64,000 nt of DNA from Hyphochytrium catenoides (lineage: Eukaryota > Protista > Hyphochytriomycota), in NCBI GenBank assembly GCA_900088475.1, contig FLMG01000725.1, positions 1 to 64,000 of the forward strand, written 5' to 3'. Positions 11,570 through 24,800 of the stretch are shown in pieces. Both the position numbers and the translations under genes were made by a program. A model generated the notes under the pieces. It saw only the letters and a list, made by a program, of their open reading frames with translations, did no database searches and was not told the DNA's origin. How positions within the stretch are numbered: the stretch's first letter is position 1; each line of letters begins with the position of its first letter.

Positions 11570-12680
11570 TATCCCGCTCTGGCTCTTTCTTCCTATTTCC
11601 GTCTCTTTCCTCTCTTCTTCTCTTTCTTCTTCTCTCCGTCTCTCTACCTGACCTCACCGTGAGGTTCCATGGACTGTATGGAGAAAGGGCTGCTGATCTG
11701 TCTCTCTGCTGTCTCACTCGAATGCATTCAGTTCTTCATGCGTTGGAAAAGAGACGGCGTCGGAAGCTCTGTCCGGGCTTCGTGCTCCTCCTCCAGCACC
11801 TGTCGTCCTCTTTCATAGCGGACTCTTCTTGTTGAAGCTTCCCTGTCTCTCTCCCTCTATCGTTCTCTCTCTTCCTCTCTCTCTTCTTCTCTGTTCTCTC
11901 TCTCTCTTCTTCTCTCTCTCTCCCTCCTTCTCTCTCTCGTTCTCTCTCTCTCTCTCTTCTTCTCTTCTCTTCTCTCTCACTCTCTCCCTCTCTCTTCCAT
12001 TCTTGCTCACTTTCCCTTTCTTTATATAACCTCCATCCGACCCCTCTTTCTTGCTAACCTTTCTTCCACTCTCTCCTCTCTTTACTCCCCTCTCCGATCA
12101 CCTCTTCTGCTCTCCCGACCTCCATCTGCTGTCTCTCTCCGTCACTCTTTCAATGGTTATAATCCTTTCGTTATCCCGCTCTTCAATTACCTTGCCTCTT
12201 CACTTCACATTCTTGGCTCTGCTCACCTTCCTCTTCATAGGGCGGCTATTCTCTTGCTCCACCACAAAGCTCTCTCTCTTCTCTTCTCTCTCCCTCTCCC
12301 CGTTTCTCTCCCCGTCTCTTTCTCTCTCTCTTCGATCGGGTTGCCTTACCTCGCAATCGCTATCCACTTAAAAAATAGTACGGCACGTTCCACGTCCGAC
12401 ACTCTCCGGTACTCGTTGGCTCAAGATCTTCTCTCTTTGTCCCTCTTTCGTTCTCTCTCCCCTTCCCCGAGCTTTCTTCTCACTTAAAGTTCGCTTTCTC
12501 CTCTTTCTTCTCTCTCCTTCTCTCTCTCTCTCTCTCTCCTCTCTCTGTCTCTCTTTTTTGTCTCTCTCGTTTCTGCCCAATGAGGTACCGAAAAACTACC
12601 CTGCGTTGTTCTTCACCACCTATCTTCTCTCTTGCCATGTCTTCCTTGCCGGGACAACTCTCTTTTCTGTCCTCCACTTG
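11570..12680 (+). repeat. Long polypyrimidine (CT-rich) low-complexity tract
   Basis: Degenerate (CT)n over about 1.1 kb; its ORFs translate only to LS/ER repeats. Confidence 0.85.
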
Positions 12681-12782
12681 CTGCAGTAACAGGTCATTTC
12701 ACTTCTTCTTCAATCCGACGACGCAAGCGCGGCGCACGGCACAGCGCCGCAGTGCTTTCTTCTGCTCCATTCCAGCGGCAGA

Positions 12783-14666
12783 ATGAGTCAAAACGCTCGC
12801 AGCCGCCGCTTTGCGGAACATTACTGTCCACTTTCATCATCAGGAGGGAGCCTCTTCTTCTCCTCTTCGTCTGGCCGCCGTCTTGTTTCTCCTGGCTCTT
12901 TGTGCATCGTGTGGCTTCTCTGTAATGCGCTGATGGGCAGTTGGATGGTGCGCTTTGCAACGGCCGTGGATGAGGCTGTTCCTTCTTCTTATGGACAACC
13001 AAAGTTCTACGCTTTTGCTGCTGCTGATGGGGGTGCTGTCGTCACCAGTAACATGGACTTCTCGCGGTCCCTTTCAGGGGTCTCGGAGAAGAGAGAAGGA
13101 GGAAAGGAGCACCCCAAGCTTGTCCCACATTCTATTCATCGGTTGCTTGCAATCGCTTTAGGTCCAAAACCTGCAACACCAGCCGGGAGTTCACATCAGG
13201 TGTCTGCTGCAGGAGCCAGGGCTGGGCAGAATCCTCCATCGGCAGCGGTAGCAGCGGCGAGAGCAGCGCAGCATCCTGTGCATGGTAACCCTTCTCGTTA
13301 TAAAAGAACAGCGATCGACGGCGAGCTGACAGCAGCTGACACCAACCATCCGGGACAGCAGCGTCCACCGCCCCCAAAAGAGCAAGGTTTTGCTCCTGTG
13401 GCTCGTCCTGGCGAGGGCCTACCGCCACAACAAGCAGCAAGAGGAACAGCGGTTGAACAGAGCGCTCCAGGCATCCCACCAGGTGGCGGCGGACGGTCCG
13501 GAAAAGCCCAGCCACGTAACCGGCCGAATCCCGCCGGTTCTCTTAGGAAAAGGGTGGAAGACTATATAGAACGTGCACCGTTCAGAAGAGGAGGGATTGT
13601 TAAGGGCGAAACCCTGAAGACAGTGGACTTTGAGCTTCTGCGACGTCTTATGAAGGATTGGAAAGAATATTTTTCAGAAGGAGGCAAACCTATACCGATG
13701 AGGAAGGACGGCGATACTACATTCTCGAAGCAACTTAAAGCTGATTTTCGTGACGTTCTTAGATTAGTCAAAGACGGAGCGGAATTTACAAGAGACAAAA
13801 TCGTTCGCTTGGTGCGTAATCCAGAGTCTCGCAGCGGGCCCAACCCTGTCGAAGACTACATCTCATATATGAAGGCCCAGATCCAACAGCTGTCAGACTT
13901 CCCACGCACGCAGTCCATGCTCAATCGCAAGTTCTTTGGTGAAGTTCTACCGCGACTGCTAAAAAGCATTGGCATGAAAGTCAAGGAAGAGGGGGGGATA
14001 CCGCCCGAAGATCGACCAAATCTCGAGAAGGTGAAGGCTATGATTGATGAGGCATTCGTAGACACTCCTGCTGCTGGTCGACCAGGAACATCACCAGCAG
14101 CACCTCCTCAGGTTAGGGGAGAAGAACAAGGGCCGGCACGTATGGCCGCTGCACAGCAGCAACCGGCTGCTCAGCGGCAGCAACAGCCGCCAGCCGTAGG
14201 AGAGAATAACGCTCCTTCTGTTCCTGAGGCAGCCAATGGACCCGCCAGGAACCGCCAGGAGGAACAACCATCCCCAGTGAACCCAAGACCACCAGTAGAG
14301 GGCGGAGGAAATGGCGACACTACTCGTCCGTTATTGCCCGTTGATGCTCCCAAACCTCGTCTTCCCGAGGCAGAGATTAGAATTCTCATTCGTGAGAGTG
14401 TGTTTCATCTCGCAGGGCGCGGCTTATCAAAGCCTAGGAGGGTTATTGAAAGAATCTTGTCATCGCTAAACATAGGGCCCCAGGCGAAGCTAGTGGACGC
14501 TCTCACAGAGCTTATTAACCCTGAAGCCTCGCGCGGCGATCGCAAGGAAATCGTAAAGGCTATCAATGCAAAGCTGGACAAAATCTACGCAGAGCGTCAG
14601 ACAAGAAAAGAACAACTAAATCAAGCAAAGCGGGCTAGTTCACCGGGTCCGTGGTTGTTGACATAA
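12783..14666 (+). CDS. Orphan protein (627 aa) with N-terminal hydrophobic segment, P/A/Q/G-rich linkers and two charged helical domains
   Basis: 1.9-kb uninterrupted ORF ending in TAA; start uncertain (12783 or a downstream Met); no family recognised. Confidence 0.7.
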   Translation: MSQNARSRRFAEHYCPLSSSGGSLFFSSSSGRRLVSPGSLCIVWLLCNALMGSWMVRFATAVDEAVPSSYGQPKFYAFAAADGGAVVTSNMDFSRSLSGVSEKREGGKEHPKLVPHSIHRLLAIALGPKPATPAGSSHQVSAAGARAGQNPPSAAVAAARAAQHPVHGNPSRYKRTAIDGELTAADTNHPGQQRPPPPKEQGFAPVARPGEGLPPQQAARGTAVEQSAPGIPPGGGGRSGKAQPRNRPNPAGSLRKRVEDYIERAPFRRGGIVKGETLKTVDFELLRRLMKDWKEYFSEGGKPIPMRKDGDTTFSKQLKADFRDVLRLVKDGAEFTRDKIVRLVRNPESRSGPNPVEDYISYMKAQIQQLSDFPRTQSMLNRKFFGEVLPRLLKSIGMKVKEEGGIPPEDRPNLEKVKAMIDEAFVDTPAAGRPGTSPAAPPQVRGEEQGPARMAAAQQQPAAQRQQQPPAVGENNAPSVPEAANGPARNRQEEQPSPVNPRPPVEGGGNGDTTRPLLPVDAPKPRLPEAEIRILIRESVFHLAGRGLSKPRRVIERILSSLNIGPQAKLVDALTELINPEASRGDRKEIVKAINAKLDKIYAERQTRKEQLNQAKRASSPGPWLLT

Positions 14667-15299
14667 GGATGATTGAAGCAGATAGGAAATGGGAGACATC
14701 GATAGGAGAAGGCTCACCATCGAGAGCTCTTCTCCTTATCGTAGGATTACCTTTTTGTCTCCCGCGCAGTGCAGAGACCTCATGTCCAACTTCACTTACC
14801 TCTGTCACGGGTCTACCGCATCGTGTCCTCTCCCCTCTCCTCCTCTTCCTTTTTTCTCACCATCTGCAGTCTCTTCTCTTCCTCTCGTTCCCTGTCTTGA
14901 GTAAGATTTCGTCTGAACTCATCTGTGCTTTATTTCTTGCTGATAGAGCCACGGCAGTTGCTCTTCTTGCTGTCATGGTCTGTCTTGGTATAGTGCATAC
15001 ATCTCTGCTCAATCTGTCTTGCCTTTATATATGAATCTAATTCAATAGTAATGGTTGTGAGAAAAGCTACTAGGAAAAAACAATGGGGAAGAGGAGAAAG
15101 AGAGAAACGAAGAAGCCGAACGGGAAGGAAGTGGACGAGAGCAAAGAAGTTAAGGAAGAATGGAAAAGAGAAAGAAGAGAGAAAGAGGCAGACGATAAAC
15201 TTATTAGCTGGTGGAAGGACACTCCTCCTTCCCGGTTTGGCTGCTGGGTGTCGATTTCTCTCTCGGTATTGACCTGCCGCTCTTGCTAATCGCTAACGA

Positions 15300-15362
15300 T
15301 TGTCTCTCTCTCTCTCTTTTCTACGACTGTCCTTTTCCCAAACCCGCTCTTTTTATTCGTGA

Positions 15363-15434
<72 letters not shown>

Positions 15435-15879
15435 GTTTAAGGCACGTCCTCCTCCTCTTTCTTCTACCCCATCCCATCCAACCTCTCTTTCTCTCCTTTC
15501 CTCTCTCCGTCTCTTCGTGTCTTTCTCTCTCTCTCGCCTCCCTCTGTCTCACAGATTGACGCAAACATGCTTAACGAGATCGTGGTTGCTGTGGTGGAGA
15601 CGATCGCTCTTTTTCTCTGAGGAGAAGAAGATATCTTTCATATGAACGCTTTTAACCTCGCTTATTGGCCAGCAATGGCAAGTCAACCGTCTTCTCTCTC
15701 GTGCGTGCCGTCTTCTTCGCTGTCTCTGTATAATGTGTCTCTCTTCCGAATCCCTCTAAGCCATCGATCGCTATCTCATCACTCCTCCTTTCTCTCATTT
15801 TTCTCTCCCTGACTCTCTTTTCGAGGTCCGACCTCCTCTGTATTTTTCTCTCTCTCTGTCTCTCCCTCTCTCTCTGTCT

Positions 15880-15912
<33 letters not shown>

Positions 15913-16080
15913 CTCTCTCTCTTTCTTTCTCTCTCTCTTTCTCCTCTCTCTTTCTCTCTCTCTTCTCACAGCCCGACGGGTTGATCCTTCTCTTCCCTAA
16001 TATCTGTCTTCTCTTCTTTTCTCTTCTGCTATACTCTCTTGTCCCCCTTTCTCTCTGTTGACATTTCTCCCCTCTTCGCC
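15300..16080 (+). repeat. (CT)n microsatellites and CT-rich tract
   Basis: Near-pure CT run 15363-15430 and degenerate runs 15845-15965. Confidence 0.9.
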
Positions 16081-19000
16081 TCCATATATCTATCCCTTCA
16101 GCGTCTCCTTCCTGCGGAGCCTGTCACAGAATTCCTAGTCTTGTTCCTCCATCAATCATCACAGCGTAGAAAAGGGCATCTCTGCGGGCTATCCCAAGCA
16201 ATAATCTATTACTTTCTCTTCTATTCTTCTTCCAGGGCTGTCACTGTCTGCCTGGCATAGTGGCTGGTAGAGCTCGCATGGATTGGAAGGAGGCAAGCTT
16301 TTGATAGAGGAGGAGAAGATAAGGCTAATCCAATGAGGAGCATGGCAGAGAATGGCTAAGAATCTGGTCGCGCGTGTGGATGTCCTTTCACGCATCCGTC
16401 GGTTCTTCTCTATTTACCTATCTTCTGGCGGCAGAGGAGAAGAGAAATCTCCTGCTTGCTCATCGAAGACGTGAGACTATCAAAATGCTCAAAGATTAGA
16501 AAATGATAAATTTGAGGGCGGGAAAGAGGAAGTGGCGTGAGACAAGGAGCTAGAGTCAGCAAAAAGACAACAAGCGAGATGAGGAGGTAAGGGGATGGCG
16601 AGGTGTGACCTGTGACAGAGAAGACGAAGAGAGAATTTTCTCGTTGCATTTCAAGCTCGGGCGAAGTTTTTGTTGCCTCACCCGTTGTCTTCCTTCTCTC
16701 TTTGACCGGAGACAACTGAAGCATGAGCCGGCGTGGCAGAAGAGTGCCTGAACGTGTCTGGCGGGACAACTGAGCTGAGGAGGCAAGAGACAGGATTTCT
16801 TGTCCTCTTAGCTGCGTCAGCAGTTTTTACTCGTCCAGCAGTCGTCTGCATCTTATTCTTTCTTCCCTTATCTTCTTCTTCTTCTTGTCCATAAACGTCT
16901 CATTTGTCTCTTCTGAGCCCTTTCTCCCTACGTCCTTCTCCACTGACTTCGTTGCAGGCCCGGCCCTCTCCTTCTGCCCTCTTCTACCTTCTCCTCGTCT
17001 TACACCTCTAGCATCTCTAGGTATTTGAGCAGCGACAACGCCTCCTCCTGAACAACATTTCCTAGAGAAGGCAACAAGCGCAGAGAATGTTGTTCACGGG
17101 TGAAAGAAGTGAACAAGGCGCAGAAGAGAGGACAAATAGACTAAAGATAGGCAAAAAGGAGGAAGTGGGATAAGTCAAACGATGGCGATGGGTGATTCTT
17201 CCTTCTCCATCTTGCTTCCTTCACTCTGCAGCAAATGTATGAGGAGAAGAGAGGAGATGCTTGTCAGGGAAAAGGCAAAGGCGAGAGAGAGAGAGAGAGA
17301 GACCTAGAGATAAACAGAGTGAAGAAGGGGAAGACAGATAGAGAATGCGCTTCTTAGTGATCTTGTCTAACTGTTGAGAAGAGTGAGGCCCTTAAGCCTG
17401 CGATGATAAAGTAGTTGGTGGCGGCGCTGTTTTGCGTCAATTCCTTCTTCGCTGGCAACAAGGAAGAAGAAAGATGGCTACAGGCACAAAGATGGCTAAG
17501 TTGAACAGAGACATTGCAAAGGGACAAGATTTATTTCTTGGCCTGACAACTCTCTTCTCTTTTCTCTTTTTCGCTTTGAGTTTACTTATATCTTTCCTTG
17601 CCTCTCTGTCGCCGACAGCTAATGAAGATGATGCCCTTCTTCCTCACATTCTTGGGGACAGAAGGGAACAGACAATGGCATTTCTATTAGATGAGGTGCG
17701 CAGAGGGGAGCGCGAGCTGAAGAGGCAGCAGGAGAGAAGAAGAAGGAGAAGGGGCACTGCTGTCATCATCGCATCTGTGCTGCAATGACTGTGTCTTGGA
17801 CTGGGCGCAGATGAAAGAATATGAACGAGAGAGAGAGCAGAGACGGCAGGCAATCCGTCGGCAAGTGCTACGCCTTCCTTTCTGTCCTTTTCCACCTCCT
17901 GCTGGTTTAGACTTCCCTCTGCTGCCTGTCTCCTTTCTGCCTCTCGTTGTGCTCTAGAGAAGGTGTCAAAGGTGTTGTCAGGGGGAGAGGGAAGAGCATG
18001 GCGTCCAGTCAGCCTATCACCAACGGCAAAGATGTGAGAAGAGAGGCTGCATAGTGACCTGACTCCTAAAGGTACTGGACAGCGTCTTTCGGGGCGAAAG
18101 AAGAGAGCTGTTCCTCATCATCCTTCACTGTTCTTCTTGCTCTAGAATAGTAGTCGGGAAGCAGTGCTTGGTGAGGATCTTCTGTCGCAGAAGCTATATA
18201 CAACGGCTTACTCCTTTGAGAAAACCGCGACAACGTTGTTCATTTTTTACCTTTGTGCTGGGGCAGGGAGTGAGATCAAGGGAGAGAGGTTTGGCTTCAA
18301 GCCTGCGGCAAAGTTTGTCTATTAGTCCTACTGAATGATAGACAAATTAGAGTGAAGGCGAGCGAGGGGATTGAGCAAGCCCAGACTTCGTAGCTCTTGG
18401 CCCTTCTTCTTCTTCTTCTTTCATTAGGTTTTCTTCTTCTCCTTCTTCTTAGTTACTTCTGAGCAGGAAGAAGCCAAATGAGACGAAATAAGAGGAAGAA
18501 AATGAGCAGCAACTACGAGTGTTGGCCCCTTCACCCTCCGCTCTCCTATCATCATCAACGCCGCGGAAGAAATTTGTCATAGGTCTTTGATGTCTATTAT
18601 TCAGCGACGAATAGTGCTCTTAGGACTGACTGACGCCGCTTAGAAGGTTCAGCTAGAATGTCACTGGAAGCACTAGTTAGTCGTAGGACCTTGCTCGGCT
18701 TTGCGCTGCTAGTAGCAGGTAGAAGCGTTATTAGTCATGGAGAAAGCAAGCCTTATTCTCACAGCAAGCAGAGGATGGTAGCTACTCCTTTGGCCAAGCG
18801 TAGACCGTTCGGGTTTGGATCTTTCTTCAGAAGCTACGACGGGGGGCATCTTTGAAGTCTTGATCGTAGGATAGAAAGAATAGCTACTGCTTCGACCTGA
18901 AGCTTGTCCTTGGTGGCTCTTCTTAATGATTTTCTATCTATCTTCTCAGGAGCAAAGAAGTAAGCAGAAGAGTTCTCTAGTCGCCGCACCACTCGATCAC

Positions 19001-19801
19001 TTCATTGTCTTCGTCGTCAAAAGAAGAATATGATATGAAAGAAGAACAAGCAGTTTCTGGATCTATTGATAGGGGAAGGACTAGCTTCAGTTCACCTTCG
19101 GGTCCAAGATCAGGCCAGACGACAAACTAAGACAATGAAGAAGTGATCGATGATGAGAAGCTTGTCAAAACCGTCAATCAAGGTGGTGGTACTCTCAATT
19201 GATGACTGTCGTCTAGGAGAGATGATATAGTGCCAGGGATGACGGGCCTCGCCTGCGGCGAGAGCCAACAAGCTGCTGCCTGCCATCCTCGTCATTCTCC
19301 TGGCTAAACAGCCCATCATAATCCTTCTATGCCATCAAGCATCATCCCTGCTCTTTCTGATGCACTAGAAGATAGAAGATCTTCGGACTCAGAACCTGGA
19401 GCATCTTGATAACAGCCGCCGCTGCTCCCAGGGTATTACTGAAAGGATGGTGGATAAACTAAACTCATGAACTACAGACATAGATAATCAATCGCGGGGT
19501 CCGCTCCTGGGGGATTACTGAAAGGCATGTGCCCACACACCAACATAGAAACGGTCTTCTGTTTCCCTTGAATCTTCTTCACTGTGTTTTTCTTATTAGA
19601 AGTCTCTTTGCCCTGGTCTCAATCATCCCCACCAGTGAGCACAATCTTCATATTCTGTGAGCACAATCTTCAATCTTCAACATCAAGAAGACGGGCGCCG
19701 CTCGCTGGTCTCGGGCGGTGTGAGACCATGACGAAGAGCGTCCACAGAAGCCAACAGCTTTTGATGGCCAATAATCTTCTCCTTCTGACCAAGCGACAGG
19801 A

Positions 19802-20801
19802 ATGGAGCTCGACCACCCGGGCACCGCCGTAAGTAGTGCAGGAGTCTTGTTCTTCTTCTCCTCATCATCCGTCGTAACGCCAGAGAAAGAGCTCGACGAC
19901 TTTATTATCTCAGCTGCAGCGGCGGCTGCACTACCTCTACCTCTAGACTCCAATACCACGTCGACAACAGGAGGAGGTGAAACTTCTTCTTCGTCGTCGT
20001 CGTCGTCGTTACCTTCTTCAGCCAAAAGGAAGGCGAAGAGGCTTACGAGTCACGAGGACTACCGAGCTGATAATAGTAATAGTACCAAACAGCGAAAGAG
20101 AGGAGAGGAAGAAGAACCGGAGTCCAAAAAGGTACTATGGAGCTGGAGACAGCGCATTAACGAGCTGAAGAAAAAGGTAGAAGTGGAAGAGCGTCGGCAT
20201 GACGCTCTAAAGAAACGGCTGATGGCGCGCTCAACCCCTTGCGCCAACCTACTATGTGAAGATCTCTATTTGGGTGGAGCACAGAGCATTCGAGGTGTAG
20301 GGAAGTTCCGGGAACAATTGCTGCATGGGCAGGGAGAGCTGCTTCGAAATCGAAGGGTTCAGGAGTTCACCCTCTGTTTCCATTCGGCTTGCACTCTTGT
20401 ACACGATCCATTGCCAGATAAGTGTGGAGAGATGCCTCATGAGCTAGTGCGGGACCCTATGGTCCTTCGAGGACAGGACGCGCTAAATGATCTCTGGTAA
20501 GTCTAATCTCATTCTTTTCTTTGGTCCTCTGCTGAGAGGGCTCAAGATGCGTTGCTACGTATGTAGGGCCCGTTATTCCTCAACGTATGAACGCTTTATA
20601 TGGAAAGACCTTAAAGTTAAGGCGCTTGATCTCCGTGGCGACCGGATAGCTACCGTGTCAATCTTTGAGGCGATTCCTCGAGCTGACCAGCCAAACAAAA
20701 GCAGCCCAGGAACTGTGCTACGATTCTCCTGCGTGAAAAACTATATCTTCTCTCTCGAAAACCGCATCTTGTTTGCCACATGCAAGTTCACTGAGCTTTA
20801 G
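19802..20801 (+). CDS. bZIP-like + NTF2/SnoaL-like protein, paralogue 1 (309 aa; exons 19802-20496, 20567-20801)
   Basis: GTAAGT..TAG 70-bp phase-2 intron splits a Trp codon; zipper RINELKKKVEVEERRHDALKKRL; domain motifs FHSACTLVHD, LRGQDALNDLW, ALDLRGDRI, YIFSLENRI. Confidence 0.75.
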
Positions 20802-21334
20802 TGGTCAAGAAGAGTCGTGACCGCGGCGGTGATGATCGTTCTAATCTGAAAACCCAAACACTTCTTCTCCGCTGCTGAGCGAAAAAAAGTTAGTTCTAGT
20901 CAGTACCTCCTCTTCTGTAAGCTCAAAGTTCCAAACAATATGACTCGGACGCTTCTGGCGGACTGAGGGGGGCATTGGGACAGTTATTTATTACTCCTGG
21001 ATGATGGCCAGTCACTAACAACTGGTGTTCAAGATCTCTAACCCCTGTAAACGGTGATTCTTGGTCTTCCAAACTATTATATAATATTTATATCTCTCGG
21101 CACGCCTTGTGCTTTTGAACTCTTCCCTGTTCTACCTCTGTAGCCTCACGCTCTGAGCTCACAAGCGGGACTTATCGCGGCCCCCAGGACCCTTGATTCG
21201 TGCTCACCTTTATAACCTATAATAAGTATTGACGCTTATCAGGGTTCGTTAGAATTCAGGGTTGCGCTGCCAGATCGATGGCATCTTATATTTCAGCGAT
21301 AGACTAGAAAAAGTTCAATAGGGCGTAGAGCTTC

Positions 21335-21800
21335 TTGGACAGCAGCAGTGCCCATCTCTCAGAATTTTTAGATGCCCCATCACCAACGACGTCTCCGTCT
21401 TCCTCATTCATCTCCCCTCGCATCTCCTGCTTTGTCCATAGAAGGCCATCAAAGAGACGTCTTTCTCATATGAAGATTGCAGGAGATGCAGGAGGGGGGG
21501 GGCGGCCGAAAGAAGGAGGAGGTAGGAGAGGAACAACAGACATCAACCCTGTCATCGCTGCAATAGATGGGGGCCCGGGAGTCCTTCCCAATAAACGCGG
21601 AAGAGGGGGAAAACACTCTCATTACACTCAGAGAAGCAACAAGAGCAATAGCAGCAGGTAAGATAATAGAGTGATGAGGAACATAGGAGGCGGGAAAGAA
21701 AGAGACAGGCACGGCAGCTCCGGTGGTACGGTTGCGCCAGAGGAAGAGATGAATCATCATCAGAGCGGAAAGCGCTGAAGAAAGTGTCACCGGGATCTAT
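21335..21800 (+). pseudogene. Possible decayed paralogue of the bZIP-like genes
   Basis: S/P-rich N-terminus with TTDINP (compare ATDVDP in paralogue 2), then a frame reading EQ*QQVR**SDEEHRRRERKRQARQLR; no C-terminal domain seen. Confidence 0.3.
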
Positions 21801-24800
21801 CTGAACCACAATTACCATCGGAGCCTCATTTTCATGAAGAGCAAGAGTAGGAGAATCGCTCCAGAACCTGCATCGCTTGCCAACCACCGGTGGAATCTAC
21901 AAACTATTCATCTCACCGTCCTGTTGTCTTCAGTAGCAGATATGATGGAAGCGGCTTCCAATTGCTCCTTTTCTACTCTCCCACACGACAGCATCTGGTG
22001 GGTAGGTGAATGAGAAGCGTCATATCGCTTGTACTCCTATCTTTTGGAGCTACTACTACCTTGAAACCAAACACCTAGACTATTCACTTGCCACGACGCT
22101 AATAAGAGAGAAACCCTCCAGCAACAGCTCCAGGAAGCTGACCCAAGGACTGCAATCTAGGTCTACAGAGGCTGAGGCAGTTTATGGAAAACCATCTCGG
22201 CAAGACGTTCAGTGGAGGCCCGAGTTCCGTCTGTAGTCTAAACGGTGCCTTGCCTATAATGGCCGATTTGCCCTTGTTAGGCGCCCGCTCTGTCTTATCT
22301 AATGCTTTAAAAAGCAGCCAAAGACCGAAAGTTCGTCCCCTAACAAATGACGGCTGGGTGGTATGCCACAGTAAACTTTATCATACAACTTTCTTTTTCA
22401 TTCCCCCTTGATACGGCTACCTACCATCACCTCTGACCGTGCGGAATTTTCATCCCACTTCAAACTCCGCATTGTTATAGCAAGCGGTCATCATTCAGAA
22501 AGTGAGGTTGTGACCGGATTTTCCCCTGCCACTCTTAAATGTTTACCGTCGTGGCCGCTGAGCATCTCCAAGCAGCAGAGGAAGGCGTTACACTAGAGGC
22601 GTGCCAAGGCTCTGGTTGGAAGTTGGTTAGGTTCCAAGGAACGGGAATTTATACAGGGATATCCGAAGCAGATTGGCGAAATATTGGGAGAGGACTTCTG
22701 CCCATAATTTTGTCAAGCATCGGCAGACAGGATAAGCGGAAGACTCGCCGCGAGCCGCGCAGTTAGCAAGAGATTGGAGCAATGACGAGCTTTCGGTGGA
22801 GGACCAAGAGTCAAACAATCATTATGGATAAATAACACATACTGCACCCTTCTCGTCGCAGTCCAGAATGAGGTCAACAATTTACTGCTGACCAGAAAGG
22901 TGGGTAGGTGATATGCTCTCCCGACGGAAATGTACCGACTAGCAGCGTGTCATTGGCAATAATACCCGCAATGCAACTGCCGCCGTGATTGAGTATCAAA
23001 GAAGTCCTCCCCGTGCTCTTGATAGAGTTAAAGCCAGGATTGAAGTCACAATTGATCAAACACCTGGCGGGTTGTTGCCAGGAAAAAGCAAAATCGAGAA
23101 GAACAGCTTTCCAGGGGAAGGTCTGTCACAGCGGTTCCCTAGGTATCCTTGTCTCTTCGTGCATGGAAGCTAGTTAGCTGACAAGACAGCTCGCTACTAA
23201 CCAGTCCTTTGTCTATTATTATAGCCCACTGGCGCTCCTTACATTTGATCTAGGAGAGTAACGTTGAGGAGACTGACTTCTTCTTGGCTGTCACCCCCCC
23301 ACCCCATCATCAGTAAAGGCTCCACCAGACAGCTGCATTGGTCACCTAGTGGCTACGTGGTGATGAAAGCCAAAGCTTCCAGGTTGATAGAAGCTGACGG
23401 CATGAAATAATATCAGTTCCCAAAAAATGGCAGACACAGTCGTTTTCCATCGTCTATGAAAGCAGAGCTCTTCGCAATTGTGGGCCGAGCGCTGTGTGTG
23501 GCTGGTATTATTCAAGCTTGTTGGGCAGAGACAACCCTGCGTGAATCCTCTTCACCGTCTAACAAATATGCGCATCACAGCGGGCCAACTTCCCGCCTCA
23601 CCATTGATTACTTTCTTACCTTTATAACATCTATAGAACCCCACTCTCTCGCAACTAGTAGCAAGCTTTTTTTGTCAAGGGGTCAATAATAATGTTCATG
23701 TTTCAAAAGGCAGGGGCATCTTCTTGCCATAACTCAGACGGCGGACAAACAGTCGGATCGTCCGTCCACGGAGCTCCAAGTCAGGATACCTACCTACTAC
23801 CTCGAGCCTCTTCTCGATGAAGGAACGCGATCGTTCGCTACTATCTGCTTGCTGTTGTCTCCTCCTTGCTGAAAAACACCTGTTCATTGTTGCGTGAGGG
23901 CATATCTGCCTCCATCATCAGCGCTGAAGTATGTCCTAGATCGGTCCGTTTGCAGATTCAGAAGAGGCAGCAACGGCTGATAAAGGCAGCAGTCTGCGCT
24001 GTCTTGCTCTGCAGCTGGCTGTCGTCTGTCACATTCTGGCTGCTGCGGGGCCGTACAAATAGAACTACAAGGGCACATTCCTGACGACCACGCCAGATAC
24101 AACACTCCTCCCTCCTCCAGCAGCAGGCAGGAGAGGGTCGTGCTTTGTCGTGCTGTTCTTCTTCATTCCCTTGTAAACTGCTGCTAATAGGAACGCAGAA
24201 ATTCACCACCTGCGGACTATGCTCACACATCAGCGGACGTGAGTCAACGAAGCTGTGAACACTATATTGATTATATGTATGGGGAAGCATGACGGTCACC
24301 AAGTTCGCTATCGTTTCTATGAGTAGAGAGATCCTTCACAATGGAGGAGTTCCTAGGCACTTTTCATCTCTTTGGGTTTGTGGGTTTGGGGGACAGGGAA
24401 GAGAGACAAACACATCACCCATCGCCCACAAACACTCCTTGCGGCACTACAGTAATAGTCTATTTTTATAGCCTTTTTATAAAGACAATCACCCAATAAT
24501 AAAACTAGCTTTCCTGCACAACCCAATACATTCATTCATGACCGGGTGGTGCCGAACTCTATAAGGCTTAGAACCTAGGAATCAGCCAAGACGGGGGAAA
24601 AAATGATGGTGAGGGTCAAGTCGATGTTTCTAATAAGGCCTTCTTCGTAAATAAATAGGAGTAGGTTCTAAATAAGACTGAAACATTAGGTCAACGTAAA
24701 GGTGCAGCTGTTATTCTTAGGACTTACAAAGAGCAGGCTCAGTTATTCTAACGATAAACGCAGTAGGAGCTTTTACCTGTAAACTGGTTGTCGCAGAATG

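Noticed and set aside
11548-11572. Telomere-like GTAGGGTTATAT x2
   Set aside because: Only two units, internal, not a canonical array
11813-15969. ORFs rich in ER/LS repeats (also at 2-637, 42878-43227 and 62874-63235)
   Set aside because: They are translations of CT/GA microsatellites or cross N gaps
17049-17096. 11-bp inverted repeat TGAACAACATT / AATGTTGTTCA
   Set aside because: Short, with no TSD or second copy; insufficient to call an element
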